This document shows positions 35,343-47,813 of a stretch of DNA of 64,000 nt, one piece after another; the first letter of the stretch is position 1; every line of letters starts with the position of its first letter. This stretch comes from Deltaproteobacteria bacterium (lineage in GTDB: Bacteria; Desulfobacterota; Binatia; Binatales; Binataceae). The notes under the pieces were generated by a model, which was not told the origin of the DNA, ran no database searches, and saw nothing but the letters and a program-made list of their open reading frames with translations. The position numbers were made by a program, and so were the translations under genes. Where the stretch lies: positions 7,157 to 71,156 of the forward strand of contig JAJZAI010000002.1 in the NCBI GenBank assembly GCA_021799495.1. Direction: 5' to 3'.

Positions 35343-37280
35343 ATGAACCAAGTTTCTCGCAATATCGCGCTGTGGCTGGTGCTGGTCCTGATGGTCCTGC
35401 TGCTGGTCAATTTTTTCAGCCGCCAGCAACAGCGTTCTCCCGAAATAATCTTTTCCGATTTCCTCAATCAGGTCGAAAAAGGCCAAGTCGCCGAGGTCAC
35501 GATCCAGGGCAATACGATCTCCGGCGAAGCCGTCAACGGCGACCATTTCAAGACCTACGCGCCGCAGGATCCGGAGTTGATCAAGACGCTCCGCGACAAG
35601 GGCGTGAAGATCGCCGCCAAGCCGGCTGACAGCGATCCATGGTGGATGGTTCTGCTGCTGCAATGGTTTCCGATGCTGCTGCTGGTCGCGGTCTGGATTT
35701 TCTTCATGCGCCAGATGCAGATCGGCGGCGGCAAGGCGATGTCGTTCGGCAAGAGCCGGGCGAAATTATTGACCGAAAACACTCATAAGATAACTTTTGC
35801 CGATGTCGCCGGTATCGACGAAGCCAAGGACGAACTCGAGGAGATTATACTTTTCCTCAAGGATCCCAAGCGTTTTACCCGGCTCGGCGGACGGATTCCC
35901 AAAGGCGTCCTGCTGGTCGGACCGCCCGGCACCGGCAAGACGCTGCTGGCGCGCGCGATCGCGGGCGAAGCGGGGGTGCCGTTCTTTTCGATTTCCGGCT
36001 CGGACTTCGTTGAAATGTTCGTCGGCGTTGGCGCGTCGCGCGTGCGCGACCTTTTCGTGCAGGGCAAAAAGCATGCGCCGTGCATCATTTTTATCGATGA
36101 AATCGACGCCGTCGGACGCCATCGCGGGGCAGGCCTTGGCGGTGGCCACGATGAGCGCGAGCAGACGCTCAACCAGTTGCTGGTTGAGATGGACGGTTTC
36201 GAAGCCAACGAAGGCGTAATCCTGGTCGCGGCGACGAACCGGCCCGACGTGCTCGATCCGGCGCTGTTGCGTCCCGGTCGCTTCGACCGCCGGGTGGTCG
36301 TGCCGCGTCCGGACGTGAGGGGTCGCGAGGGTATCCTCAAGGTCCATACCCGCAAGGTGCCGCTGGCGGACGACGTCGATGTGGCGCGGCTGGCGCGCTC
36401 AACCTCGGGTTTCGCCGGCGCCGACCTGGAGAATCTGGTCAACGAGGCGGCGTTGCTGGCCGCCCGGCGCAGCAAGGAAAAGGTCGAGATGACCGATTTC
36501 GAGCTGGCCAAAGACAAGGTTCTGATGGGCGCCGAACGGCGCTCCATGGTGATGTCGCAGGAGGAGCGGCGCAAAGTCGCCTACCACGAATCCGGCCATG
36601 CGCTGGTGGCAGCGTTGCAATCCGGGGGCGACCCGCTCCATAAAGTGACGATTATTCCGCGCGGCATGGCGCTCGGCGTCACGCAACAATTGCCGATGGA
36701 CGACCGCTATACCCATTCGCGCGGCTACCTGATGACCTCGCTGGCGGTGCTGTTCGGCGGGCGCGTCGCCGAGCAGATGGTTTTCAACGAGATGTGGACG
36801 GGCGCCGGCAACGATATCGAGCGCGCCACCGAACTGGCGCGCAAGATGGTCTGCGAATGGGGGATGAGCGAAGAGCTGGGCCCAATGACCTTTGGCAAGC
36901 ACGAGGAGCAAGTCTTCCTCGGCCGCGATTTAGGCCATTCGAAGGATTATTCGGAACACACGGCGGTCGAGATTGACCGCGAAGTGCGCCGTCTGGTCGA
37001 TCAGGCCTACACGAATGCCCGCCGATTGCTGACCGATCATGTTACGCTGCTCCACGCGCTCGCCGACCGGCTGCTGGAGAAAGAGGTTGTGGACGGTTCC
37101 GAGGTCGCGGCGATGGTGCAGGCGTATCGCGAAGGGCGTCCGTTGCCCGCCAGCGCGCCGGAAGCGCCGCCGGCGGCGCCATCGAGTGGAGTCCCGGCGG
37201 CCTCGCGTGAAAAGCCGCGTGTGGCTGAAGGCGAAGCGCCCGCGCCGGGGATTGTCGCGCCCAAACCCTCGCTCGCATGA
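35343..37280 (+). CDS. ftsH: ATP-dependent zinc metalloprotease FtsH
   Basis: The ATG at 35343 lies within track ORF 35307..37280. It has Walker [14 protein letters not shown], the SRH region and the Zn motif HESGHAL. Confidence 0.95.
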   Translation: MNQVSRNIALWLVLVLMVLLLVNFFSRQQQRSPEIIFSDFLNQVEKGQVAEVTIQGNTISGEAVNGDHFKTYAPQDPELIKTLRDKGVKIAAKPADSDPWWMVLLLQWFPMLLLVAVWIFFMRQMQIGGGKAMSFGKSRAKLLTENTHKITFADVAGIDEAKDELEEIILFLKDPKRFTRLGGRIPKGVLLVGPPGTGKTLLARAIAGEAGVPFFSISGSDFVEMFVGVGASRVRDLFVQGKKHAPCIIFIDEIDAVGRHRGAGLGGGHDEREQTLNQLLVEMDGFEANEGVILVAATNRPDVLDPALLRPGRFDRRVVVPRPDVRGREGILKVHTRKVPLADDVDVARLARSTSGFAGADLENLVNEAALLAARRSKEKVEMTDFELAKDKVLMGAERRSMVMSQEERRKVAYHESGHALVAALQSGGDPLHKVTIIPRGMALGVTQQLPMDDRYTHSRGYLMTSLAVLFGGRVAEQMVFNEMWTGAGNDIERATELARKMVCEWGMSEELGPMTFGKHEEQVFLGRDLGHSKDYSEHTAVEIDREVRRLVDQAYTNARRLLTDHVTLLHALADRLLEKEVVDGSEVAAMVQAYREGRPLPASAPEAPPAAPSSGVPAASREKPRVAEGEAPAPGIVAPKPSLA

Positions 37281-37316
37281 GCGGGCGCCGCGGATCTTAA
37301 ACTCTAACGCCGAATG

Positions 37317-37348
37317 CGGCGCGGCTACGGCCGCGCCGTTTTTCTTTT
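37317..37348 (+). terminator. Rho-independent terminator after ftsH
   Basis: cggcgcggc-tacg-gccgcgccg forms a 9-bp GC stem followed by TTTTTCTTTT. Confidence 0.8.
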
Positions 37349-37427
37349 GACGATGGCGCCACGCAATTCAGGTTCGACTCGCCGGCGAGCAGCCCCACGC
37401 CAGCCGCGGGCGTTCGCGCCACGCGCG

Positions 37428-38261
37428 ATGCGGCTGGCGGACGGCCGGATCATCAGGTTCCCGGCAGTGATGGGAATCCTGAACGTCACGCCTGATTCGT
37501 TCTCGGATGGCGGTCTCTATATCGATCCCGACCGGGCGGTCGCGCATGCGCTCGAAATGGAGGCGGCCGCCGCCGCGATTATCGATATCGGCGGCGAATC
37601 AACCCGTCCGGTCGGCGCGGCCGAAGTTTCGGTCGAAACCGAACTGGCGCGGGTGATGCCGGTAATCGAGCGGTTGGCGGGCCGGTTGCGCGCGCCGATT
37701 TCGGTCGATACCCGCCGCGCCGCGGTCGCGCGCGCGGCGCTCGATGCCGGAGCCGCGATAATCAACGATATTAGCGCACTCGAACACGATCCGGAGATGG
37801 CGCGCGTGGTCGCGCAGGCGCGCGCCGCGGTTATTCTGATGCACATGCGGGGCGGACCGACCGATCATGCGCGGCATGCCCGCTACCGCGACGTGCTGGG
37901 CGAAGTAGCCGCCTATCTCGGCCGGCGCAGCCGCTTCGCTCTGGAAGCGGGCGTTCCGCGGTCGAGAATCATCCTCGATCCGGGCCTCGGCTTCGCCAAA
38001 AACGCCCGGCACAACCTGATCCTGATGGGTGGCCTATGGCGGCTGTGCGCGCTAGGCTTTCCGGTAGCGGTGGGGGCCTCGCGCAAGCGCTTCGTACGGG
38101 CGCTGGCGGGGGAAGGAGCGGAGATCGTGGAGATCGGCAATGCCGCCGCGCATGCGCTGGCGGTCGCGTCTGGCGCGGCGGTGCTCAGGGCGCATCGGGT
38201 GGACGCCGCGATGGCGGCGCTGAGGATGGCGGCGGCGATCGCGGCCGAGCGCCGAAGCTGA
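37428..38261 (+). CDS. folP: Dihydropteroate synthase
   Basis: It has MGILNVTPDSFSDGG and the pterin-binding domain. The ATG at 37428 was chosen because the track start at 37314 would include the ftsH terminator. Confidence 0.85.
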   Translation: MRLADGRIIRFPAVMGILNVTPDSFSDGGLYIDPDRAVAHALEMEAAAAAIIDIGGESTRPVGAAEVSVETELARVMPVIERLAGRLRAPISVDTRRAAVARAALDAGAAIINDISALEHDPEMARVVAQARAAVILMHMRGGPTDHARHARYRDVLGEVAAYLGRRSRFALEAGVPRSRIILDPGLGFAKNARHNLILMGGLWRLCALGFPVAVGASRKRFVRALAGEGAEIVEIGNAAAHALAVASGAAVLRAHRVDAAMAALRMAAAIAAERRS

Positions 38262-38269
38262 CGCGCGCG

Positions 38270-39022
38270 ATGCACGGTTTCATTTCAGTCATACCCGAAC
38301 CGCGCTGGCAGGACGTGCTCGACATCCTGATCGTCGCGTACGTGATCTACCGGATTGCGCTGCTGATCCGCGCGACCCGGACCGCGCAGATGGTGATCGG
38401 CCTCGGTATCGTGGCGGGCGCGTTCGTCGGCTCGCAGATGCTGGGTTTGTTCACGCTCAACTGGCTTTTGAACAATTTTTTCGGTTCGTTGATCGTGATT
38501 CTGGTGGTGATTTTCCAGGCCGATATCCGTCGCGCGCTGACCGGACTGGGCGCGCGATCGTTTTTCACCGCGCGCACCAATGTCGCCAACGTCGCGCAGG
38601 AATTGGCGGCGGCGGCGGCGTGGCTCTCGGCGCGGCGAATCGGCGCGCTGATCGTTCTCGAACAAGAGGTTGGACTGCAGGAATTCGTCGAGACCGGCCG
38701 GATGATTGACGGACGGGTGTCGCCCGAATTGCTGGAGACGATTTTCATGCGCGGCTCGCCGCTGCACGACGGCGCCGCGATTATCAAGGGCGACCGGGTG
38801 GTGGCGGCGGCCTGCCTGCTGCCGCTTTCCGCGAACCCCAATGTGAGTCTCGCGCTCGGCACGCGCCATCGCGCCGCCATCGGCCTGACCGAAGACAACG
38901 ACGCCGTGGTGCTGGTGGTGTCCGAAGAGGATGGCACCGTATCGATCGCGCGCAACGGCCAATTGCGGCGCGGTTTGGACGCCAACGCCGTGGTTGAAAC
39001 GTTGCAGGAGCTGCCGGCGTAA
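38270..39022 (+). CDS. cdaA: Diadenylate cyclase CdaA (DisA_N domain, membrane-anchored)
   Basis: The ATG at 38270 lies within track ORF 38036..39022. It has three N-terminal TM helices, the DGA motif (HDGAAII) and the RHR motif (GTRHRAA). Confidence 0.85.
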   Translation: MHGFISVIPEPRWQDVLDILIVAYVIYRIALLIRATRTAQMVIGLGIVAGAFVGSQMLGLFTLNWLLNNFFGSLIVILVVIFQADIRRALTGLGARSFFTARTNVANVAQELAAAAAWLSARRIGALIVLEQEVGLQEFVETGRMIDGRVSPELLETIFMRGSPLHDGAAIIKGDRVVAAACLLPLSANPNVSLALGTRHRAAIGLTEDNDAVVLVVSEEDGTVSIARNGQLRRGLDANAVVETLQELPA

Positions 39023-39070
39023 AAGTTGTCGCGTGGCTGACGAAGCGCGGCGCAAGCCAACGACGAGACT

Positions 39071-40093
39071 ATGGCGACCCCGATGACCACCCCTCCGCTC
39101 AAGGCCGCGCCGCCGGGCCGGCGGACGCAGCCGGCAGCCGGCGGGGGCCGCTACCGTTTCGCGGCTTTCATGCGCGGCGCGAGGAGCAATATCGGACTCA
39201 AGCTGCTCTCGCTCGCGCTGGCGATCGGGCTTTGGATGTTCGTCAACGCGGGACAACATGGCGCGCTCGAATCGTTTCAGGCGCCGATCAGCTACCGCGA
39301 CTTGCCGCCCGGCTTCCTGATCACGAATCCGCATCCGGAGTTCGTGCGGATTCAGGTCTCCGGTCCGCGCACCCTGCTCTCGCTGATCGATCCCGCCCGC
39401 CTGACGTTGCATCTCGACCTCACCGGCGTTGGCGTCGGGCAGGCGTCGTTCAAGATCGGTCCCGATTCGTTCGCTGTGCCGCGCCAGACCAACGTCACGA
39501 GTGTGTCGCCGTCGCAAATCGTGCTCGACATCGATCGGATCGTGACGCGCACGCTGCCGGTGCGGCTGATTACCGAAGGAACGCCGGCCGAAGGCTACAA
39601 GGTGGCCTCGACCGAAGTGATTCCGTCCCAAATCGAGGTGCGCGGCCCGAGCCGCGAGCTGGCCCGGCTGGACGACGTGGAGACCGAACCGCTCGCGATC
39701 GAGGGGATTAGTTCCGACCTCGATCGCACTATCGATTTGACCGCGCCGGGCGGAACGGCGCGGCTGCGGAGCGGCGAAGCCGAAGCCAAAGTGACGCTGG
39801 AACCGGTAATCGCGAGCCGGGAATTCCGCGGCGTTCCGGTGCAGGTGCGCGACGCCGCGTTCCGCTTTCGCGTTGCGCCGAAACGCATCACGATGGTGCT
39901 GCGCGGGCCGCTGTTGACGCTGGCGAAGCTGGATTTGCGCAACGCCGTGTACGTTGAAGCGGGCGGATTGCCGCCCGGGTCCTACAGCCTGCCGCTGCAG
40001 GCGAATCTGCCGGACGACGTCGCGATCGCGCGGCAATCGCCGGCCAGGGTGAGAGTCAGGATGTTTCGCGAAACGCAGGGGCGCGGCAAGTGA
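39071..40093 (+). CDS. cdaR: CdaR / YbbR-domain protein
   Basis: 340 aa with one N-terminal TM segment and repeated beta-rich YbbR-like modules. It sits between cdaA and glmM. Confidence 0.65.
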   Translation: MATPMTTPPLKAAPPGRRTQPAAGGGRYRFAAFMRGARSNIGLKLLSLALAIGLWMFVNAGQHGALESFQAPISYRDLPPGFLITNPHPEFVRIQVSGPRTLLSLIDPARLTLHLDLTGVGVGQASFKIGPDSFAVPRQTNVTSVSPSQIVLDIDRIVTRTLPVRLITEGTPAEGYKVASTEVIPSQIEVRGPSRELARLDDVETEPLAIEGISSDLDRTIDLTAPGGTARLRSGEAEAKVTLEPVIASREFRGVPVQVRDAAFRFRVAPKRITMVLRGPLLTLAKLDLRNAVYVEAGGLPPGSYSLPLQANLPDDVAIARQSPARVRVRMFRETQGRGK

Positions 40094-41460
40094 ACGACGG
40101 ACGGCGTCTGTTCGGCACCGACGGAGTGCGCGGCGTCGCCAATCTGGAGCCGATCACTTCGGAAACGGCGCTCAAGCTGGGCCGCGCGCTGGCCTATGTT
40201 TTTCGCGCCAGCGCCGGGCGCCATCGGCGGATTCTGATCGGCAAGGACACGCGGCTTTCGGGCTACATGCTGGAAACCGCGATGGCTTCGGGGATCTGCT
40301 CGATGGGCGCGGACGTATGGCTGGTCGGGCCGATGCCGACGCCGGGTATCGCGTTTCTGACCCGCGGCATGCGCGCCGACGCCGGAGTCGTGATTTCCGC
40401 GTCGCATAATCCGTTCGCCGACAACGGAATCAAGTTTTTTTCGCGCGAGGGCTTCAAGCTGGACGACCCGACCGAGCGCCGGATCGAGGAATTGACGCTG
40501 GAGGCGGGCGCGCTCGAACGCGAGCGCGCGCACGGCGCCGATATCGGCAAGGCCGCGCGAATCGACGACGCGATCGGCCGCTATCTCGTCTTTCTGAAGA
40601 ACTGCCTGCCGCGCGAGCTTACCTTCGACGGCCTGCGGATCGTGATCGATTGCGCCAACGGCGCCGCCTACAAAGTCGGGCCTGACGCGCTCGAGGAGCT
40701 TGGCGCCTCGGTCACGGCGATGGGCTGCGAGCCGAATGGAATCAATATCAACGACGGCTGCGGCGCCGTCGCGCCCGAGCGGCTGCGCGAGGCCGTGCTC
40801 AAATCAGGCGCCGACGCCGGAATCGCGCTCGACGGCGACGGCGATCGCGCGATTCTGGTCGATGAGCGCGGCGAACTTTTTGACGGCGACGACGTGATGG
40901 CGCTGATGGGCGCGCGGATGGCGGCGCGCGGCCGGCTCAACTCCAACACCGTCGTCGCGACCGTGATGAGCAACTTCGGATTGGAACGGGCGCTGGCCGA
41001 AGCCGGCGTGCGGCTGGTGCGCACCGAGGTCGGCGATCCGGCGGTGGTGCGCGAGATGCGCGCGCATGGCTACAACCTTGGCGGAGAGCAATCCGGCCAC
41101 GTTGTCTTCATGGATTGCTCGACCACCGGCGACGGCCTGATCACGGCGCTGCAGGCGCTGGCGGCGATGGTGGAAAGCGGCCGGCCGCTTGGCGAATTGC
41201 GCAAACTGCGCCGGGCGCCGCAGGTCTTGCGCAACGTGCGCGTGCGCGAGCGGACGCCGCTGGATTCGATTCCGGAAATCGCCCGGGCGATCGACGACGC
41301 CGCGGAGCGGCTCAGCGGACGCGGCCGGCTGCTGGTGCGTTATTCGGGCACCGAGATGCTGGCGCGGGTGATGGTCGAAGGCGAGGACGAAAGCGCGATC
41401 GCGGAGTTGGCGGACGAGATTGCGTGGGCGATCGATCGCCGGCTGGGAGCGTTGGAATGA
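40090..41460 (+). CDS. glmM: Phosphoglucosamine mutase
   Basis: The GTG start overlaps the cdaR stop (GTGA). It has FGTDGVRG, SASHNPFADNGIKFF and DGDGDR. Confidence 0.9.
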   Translation: MNDGRRLFGTDGVRGVANLEPITSETALKLGRALAYVFRASAGRHRRILIGKDTRLSGYMLETAMASGICSMGADVWLVGPMPTPGIAFLTRGMRADAGVVISASHNPFADNGIKFFSREGFKLDDPTERRIEELTLEAGALERERAHGADIGKAARIDDAIGRYLVFLKNCLPRELTFDGLRIVIDCANGAAYKVGPDALEELGASVTAMGCEPNGININDGCGAVAPERLREAVLKSGADAGIALDGDGDRAILVDERGELFDGDDVMALMGARMAARGRLNSNTVVATVMSNFGLERALAEAGVRLVRTEVGDPAVVREMRAHGYNLGGEQSGHVVFMDCSTTGDGLITALQALAAMVESGRPLGELRKLRRAPQVLRNVRVRERTPLDSIPEIARAIDDAAERLSGRGRLLVRYSGTEMLARVMVEGEDESAIAELADEIAWAIDRRLGALE

Positions 41461-42308
41461 GGCGGCTGAAGCTGGGCGTCAACGTCGATCATGTGGCGAC
41501 GCTGCGCCAGGCGCGCCGCGCCGCATATCCCGATCCGGTCGCGGCGGCGCTGCTGGCCGAGCGCGCGGGCGCGGGCGCGATCACGGTGCATCTGCGCGAA
41601 GACCGCCGGCATATTCAGGACGCCGATCTGTTCCGGCTGCGGGAGGCGGTTCGCATCGATTTGAATCAGGAGATGGCGCCGGTCGCCGAGATGGTTGAAA
41701 TCGCGATGGAGCTGCGCCCCGACGAGGTCTGTCTCGTGCCCGAGCGGCGCGAGGAGCTGACCACCGAGGGCGGACTCGACGCGGCCGGAATGAGCGAACG
41801 CCTGGCGCCGATGATCGATCGGATGCGAATGGTCGGGATCGGCGTGAGCCTCTTTATCGATCCGGAGCCGCATCAGGTGGAAGCCGCCGCCCGCCTTGGC
41901 GCCGACTTTATCGAATTGCACACGGGAGGCTACGCCGCGGCAGCGGATGCTGAATTGACGCCGGCCGCGGACGCGGCGAAGCGCGACGGACGGGTTGGCG
42001 CGGCGCCGCGCTTGAAATCCGGCGGCGCGGCGCGCGCCGAATTCGAGCGTATCCGCGCGGCGGTCAAGCTCGGCCGCGCGCGCGGACTCAAGGTGAACGC
42101 CGGTCACGGGCTCAATTATCGCAACGTTGTGCCGATCGCGTCGATTGGCGGAATCGAATGGCTGCATATCGGCCACGCGATCGTCGCGCGCGCGGTGAAC
42201 GTCGGCATGGGACGCGCGGTGCGCGAGATGCTCGCGCTGATCGGCGGCGTTCCATCGGCGCCGCGTTCGCCGAAGGCGCCGGCGGCGCGGCGTCATCCGC
42301 TGGCATGA
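41457..42308 (+). CDS. pdxJ: Pyridoxine 5'-phosphate synthase
   Basis: The ATG at 41457 overlaps the glmM stop (ATGA). The product has LGVNVDHVATLRQAR and HLREDRRHI. It lies within track ORF 41115..42308. Confidence 0.85.
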   Translation: MRRLKLGVNVDHVATLRQARRAAYPDPVAAALLAERAGAGAITVHLREDRRHIQDADLFRLREAVRIDLNQEMAPVAEMVEIAMELRPDEVCLVPERREELTTEGGLDAAGMSERLAPMIDRMRMVGIGVSLFIDPEPHQVEAAARLGADFIELHTGGYAAAADAELTPAADAAKRDGRVGAAPRLKSGGAARAEFERIRAAVKLGRARGLKVNAGHGLNYRNVVPIASIGGIEWLHIGHAIVARAVNVGMGRAVREMLALIGGVPSAPRSPKAPAARRHPLA

Positions 42309-43876
42309 TTCTGCTCAGCGCGGCGGAAAGCCGCGAACTCGATCGGCTCAGCCAGTCGAAGTACGGAATCGATTCCTACGCGCTGATGCGGCGCGCGGGC
42401 GAAGCCGTGGCGGATCTGACGCTGCGGCGCTGGCCGGACGCGGCGCGCGGGGCGGTCGCGATCGTCGCGGGCAAGGGCAACAACGGCGGCGATGGGCTGG
42501 TCGCGGCGCGCAAGCTGACGCAGGCGGGAGTGGCGGCGCGGGTCCTGATGCTCGCGCGTCCGGAGACGCTCAAGGGCGACACGGCGCGCGCCTGGCGCGA
42601 TTTTGCCGCAGTCGGAGGCGCGGCGGCGATCGCGCAGTCCGACGCCGAAATCGACGCTTTCTTCGCCGCCGCCAGCCCAGCGGCGATTATCGACGCGATT
42701 TTCGGCATCGGACTCAACGCCGAAGTGCGGGGCGCGGCGCGGCGCGCGATCGATCGCATCAATCAGTCGGGAGCGCCGGCGGTCGCGGTGGATATAGCTT
42801 CGGGCGTCAACGCCGACAGCGGCGCGATCATGGGCGCGGCAGTGCGCGCGGCGCTCACGGCGACTTTCGGTTACGCCAAGTACGGCCACGTTTCCTATCC
42901 GGGCGCGCAATATTGTGGCGAGCTTGAAATCGCTGAAATCGGGTTCGCGCCGGCGGCGATCGGCGAGATTGCGCCGCGCGGCCGATTGATCGAGGCGTCC
43001 GAAGCGGCACGGATGGTCGCGCCGCGCGCGGCGAACAGCCACAAGGGCAGCTACGGCCATCTGCTGATCGTCGCCGGAAGCTACGGAAAGTCGGGCGCGG
43101 CCGTGCTCGCGGGCCGTGGCGCGCTCCGTGGCGGCGCCGGATTGGTCACGCTCGCGATTCCCGAACCGGCGCTGCCGATGGCCGCCGCGGGACAGGCCGA
43201 ATTGATGACCGAACCGATGCCGGCGGTCGCGGGCGGTTTCGCGGCGGCGGGAACGATCGCGCGGCTGGCCGGATTGATCGGCGCGATGAATGCGGTCGCG
43301 GCGGGACCCGGTATCGGGGTTAGCGCCGAGAGCTTGACGCTGGTCGATTGGCTGATTCGCGAAGCTTCGGCGCCGAATCGGCCGCTGCTGCTCGACGCCG
43401 ACGCGCTCAACGCGGTCGCGGAAGCGGGCGGCGAGATGATGCGCGCCGCGCGCGGTCCGGTCGTAATCACGCCGCATCCGGGGGAAGCGGCGCGCCTGCT
43501 GCGCACGACGCCGGCGACGATCAACGCCGACCGAATCGGCGCGGCGCGGAGCCTCGCGGAGCTGACCGGCGCGAGCGTCCTGCTCAAGGGCGCGCGCACG
43601 GTGGTCGCGGCGGACGGCGCGATCGCGATCAACTCCAGCGGAAATCCGGGGATGGCGGCCGCGGGGATGGGCGACGTGTTGTCGGGTTTGACGGGCGCCC
43701 TGCTCGCGGGTGGAATGGCGCCGGGGGCGGCGCTGAGTCTCGGCGCCTGGATGCATGGCGATGCGGGCGATCGCGCGGCGCGGAAGATTGGTCCGGCCGG
43801 TTTTCTCGCGGGCGAGCTGGCGGCGGAATTGCCGGCCGTGCGCGCCGCGCTGATCGATCGCCGCGGCGGCGGTTGA
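42305..43876 (+). CDS. nnr: Bifunctional NAD(P)H-hydrate repair enzyme (epimerase/ADP-dependent dehydratase)
   Basis: The ATG at 42305 overlaps the pdxJ stop (ATGA). It has an N-terminal YjeF_N domain (GKGNNGGDG) and a C-terminal carbohydrate-kinase-like domain (HKGSYGH...GMGDVLSG). Confidence 0.85.
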   Translation: MILLSAAESRELDRLSQSKYGIDSYALMRRAGEAVADLTLRRWPDAARGAVAIVAGKGNNGGDGLVAARKLTQAGVAARVLMLARPETLKGDTARAWRDFAAVGGAAAIAQSDAEIDAFFAAASPAAIIDAIFGIGLNAEVRGAARRAIDRINQSGAPAVAVDIASGVNADSGAIMGAAVRAALTATFGYAKYGHVSYPGAQYCGELEIAEIGFAPAAIGEIAPRGRLIEASEAARMVAPRAANSHKGSYGHLLIVAGSYGKSGAAVLAGRGALRGGAGLVTLAIPEPALPMAAAGQAELMTEPMPAVAGGFAAAGTIARLAGLIGAMNAVAAGPGIGVSAESLTLVDWLIREASAPNRPLLLDADALNAVAEAGGEMMRAARGPVVITPHPGEAARLLRTTPATINADRIGAARSLAELTGASVLLKGARTVVAADGAIAINSSGNPGMAAAGMGDVLSGLTGALLAGGMAPGAALSLGAWMHGDAGDRAARKIGPAGFLAGELAAELPAVRAALIDRRGGG

Positions 43877-43894
43877 GCGCGCTCGCTTGCTCTC

Positions 43895-43903
43895 TGCTAC
43901 AAT
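43895..43903 (+). promoter_or_regulatory. Extended -10 promoter element (TGcTACAAT) upstream of tsaE
   Basis: TG at 43895-43896 and TACAAT at 43898..43903. It lies ~55 nt upstream of the tsaE ATG. Confidence 0.4.
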
Positions 43904-43957
43904 CCCGTATCGCTGCCGGATGCGCGGACTCGATCCGCGCCGCGACAGACCGCCGCA

Positions 43958-44434
43958 ATGGACCTCGAAATTTTCACGGTTGACAGCAAGTCCTCGCGCG
44001 AAACCAAGGCCTGGGGCCGGCGCCTCGCGTCGATGCTTGAAGGCGGGGAGCTGCTCGGACTGGAAGGCGATCTCGGCGCCGGAAAGACCTGCTTTATCAA
44101 AGGGCTGGCGCACGGGCTGAACCTGCCGGAGGAGCAAATTCTCAGCCCCACCTTCACCATGATCCAGGAGCATCGCGGACGCCTGCCGCTTTATCACATC
44201 GATCTTTATCGCCTCGAGCGGGTCGAGCTCGACGATCTCGGCTTGCGCGAATATCTGTTTTCCGACGCGATCGCGGCGGTGGAATGGTTCGAGCGGCTGC
44301 GCGAAGGCGGGGGGATGGAACGGCTGGCGATTCGAATCGAATATGCGGGCACCAGCGCGCGAAAAATCGAATTTCGGGGCGTCGGCCAGCGTTATATCGG
44401 GCTGATTGCGCGTCTTGCCGCTCGTTTTGCGTAG
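43958..44434 (+). CDS. tsaE: tRNA t6A biosynthesis ATPase TsaE (YjeE)
   Basis: 158 aa with the P-loop GDLGAGKTCFIKG, plus SPTF and HIDLYR motifs. Confidence 0.85.
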   Translation: MDLEIFTVDSKSSRETKAWGRRLASMLEGGELLGLEGDLGAGKTCFIKGLAHGLNLPEEQILSPTFTMIQEHRGRLPLYHIDLYRLERVELDDLGLREYLFSDAIAAVEWFERLREGGGMERLAIRIEYAGTSARKIEFRGVGQRYIGLIARLAARFA

Positions 44435-44515
44435 AATCGCGCAATTCGACTCCTACATAGCGCGCCAAAACGCTACACTCGGAACTCGACTGGAAGCCTA
44501 GGGAGGAAGATTGCG

Positions 44516-44752
44516 GTGCCGCCATTCCTGTTGGATACAATCGATGCGTTCGCGTCGGCGTACGATCAGGCGTGGGCCGATTGGGGGGCGTTGCCGATCT
44601 ATACGCGCCTGGGAATCGGTTTGTTGTTTGCGGGTATCGCGGTTTATCTCGGCTCGAAAGCGGATCGCTCGGGAGTCAGCGCGATGTGGTTCTTCGCCGC
44701 TTTTGGCTGCTTTGCCTACGTGATGGCGGTGGCGCTGGCAGTAGTGCACTGA
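44516..44752 (+). CDS. Hypothetical small membrane protein
   Basis: 78 aa with a GTG start after GGGAGGAAG. It has two hydrophobic helices ([36 protein letters not shown]). Confidence 0.4.
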   Translation: MPPFLLDTIDAFASAYDQAWADWGALPIYTRLGIGLLFAGIAVYLGSKADRSGVSAMWFFAAFGCFAYVMAVALAVVH

Positions 44753-44846
44753 CCAGAGCCTGCGCCCGCGCCGTACTGGCGCGTATCTTCGGCTCAGCGC
44801 ATAATAACAGTTTACGTTTGCGCTGGACGGCGGTAGGCGGCGAGCA

Positions 44847-46082
44847 GTGGCGTTAATCGTACAGAAATATGGCGGAACGTCGGTCGGTTCGATCGACCGG
44901 ATCAAATCGGTGGCTGAGCGGGTCGCGCGGAGCCGCCGCGGCGGGGACCAATTGGTCGTGGTGGTCTCGGCCATGGCGGGCGAAACGAACCGTCTGCTGC
45001 GGTTGGGCGCGGAGCTCAGCGACGCGCCTTATCCGCGCGAATCGGACGCGCTGGTGGCCACTGGCGAACAGGTGTCGGCGGCGCTGCTGGCGATTCGCCT
45101 GAATGCGCTTGGCTGTCCCGCCGTTTCGCTGCTTGGCCATCAACTTCGCATCATGACCGACTCGTGCCATGGCGCGGCCAAGATAAAATCGGTCGATTGC
45201 GATCGAATCGAGCGGGCGCTCGGGGCCGGACGCGTCGTGGTGGTGGCGGGGTTTCAGGGGGTGACGCCGCAGGGCGATATCACGACCCTGGGCCGCGGCG
45301 CTTCCGACCTGACGGCGGTCGCGCTGGCCGCGGCGCTCCACGCGGCCGCATGCGAGATTTATACTGACGTTGACGGGGTGTACACGGCTGATCCGAATAT
45401 CTGCCCGAAGGCGCGCCGGCTCGACCGCGTTTCTTACGACGAGATGCTGGAGATGGCGGGTCTTGGAGCGAAAGTGCTGCAGTTGCGCTCGGTTGAATTG
45501 GCGCGGCGTTACAACGTGCCGCTGGTGGTGAAATCGAGTTTCAGCGAGGATACCCGAGGCACCTGGGTCGGCCAGGAGGATCAAGCGATGGAAAACGTGC
45601 TGGTTTCAGGCGTCACGCTCGATCAAAACCAGAGCAAGATTACGCTGACCGGAGTCGAGGATCGTCCGGGTTTGGCGGCGCGGATTTTTGGCCCGATCGC
45701 GGAAGCCGGAATCGTCGTCGATATGATCATCCAGAATGCGGGAGCCGACGGCCGCGCCGACCTGACCTTTACCGCGCCCCGCGCCGACCTCAGGCGCGCG
45801 CTCGAACTGGTGCGGGCGGTGGCCGGCGAGATCGGCGCCGCGGGCGTGCGCCACGAAGACCAGGTGGCGAAGGTGTCGATCGTGGGCGTTGGGATGCGCA
45901 CCCACGCGGGCGTCGCGGCGACGATGTTCAAGGTGCTGGCCGCCGAGGGCATCAATATCGAAATGATCGCGACTTCCGAGATAAAGGTTTCCGTGGTCGT
46001 GAACGCGAAATACGGCGAGTTGGCGATGCGCGTGCTGCATGACGCGTTTCTTGGAGAGCATCCGGCGCTGGCCGGGAACTGA
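44847..46082 (+). CDS. lysC: Aspartate kinase
   Basis: 411 aa with [24 protein letters not shown] and C-terminal ACT repeats. Confidence 0.9.
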   Translation: MALIVQKYGGTSVGSIDRIKSVAERVARSRRGGDQLVVVVSAMAGETNRLLRLGAELSDAPYPRESDALVATGEQVSAALLAIRLNALGCPAVSLLGHQLRIMTDSCHGAAKIKSVDCDRIERALGAGRVVVVAGFQGVTPQGDITTLGRGASDLTAVALAAALHAAACEIYTDVDGVYTADPNICPKARRLDRVSYDEMLEMAGLGAKVLQLRSVELARRYNVPLVVKSSFSEDTRGTWVGQEDQAMENVLVSGVTLDQNQSKITLTGVEDRPGLAARIFGPIAEAGIVVDMIIQNAGADGRADLTFTAPRADLRRALELVRAVAGEIGAAGVRHEDQVAKVSIVGVGMRTHAGVAATMFKVLAAEGINIEMIATSEIKVSVVVNAKYGELAMRVLHDAFLGEHPALAGN

Positions 46083-46096
46083 CAGGAATAATTGCG

Positions 46097-47773
<1,677 letters not shown>

Positions 47774-47813
47774 CCGCTCACGGCGCGCGCATGCGCGCCA
47801 CGGGAGGCGCATC

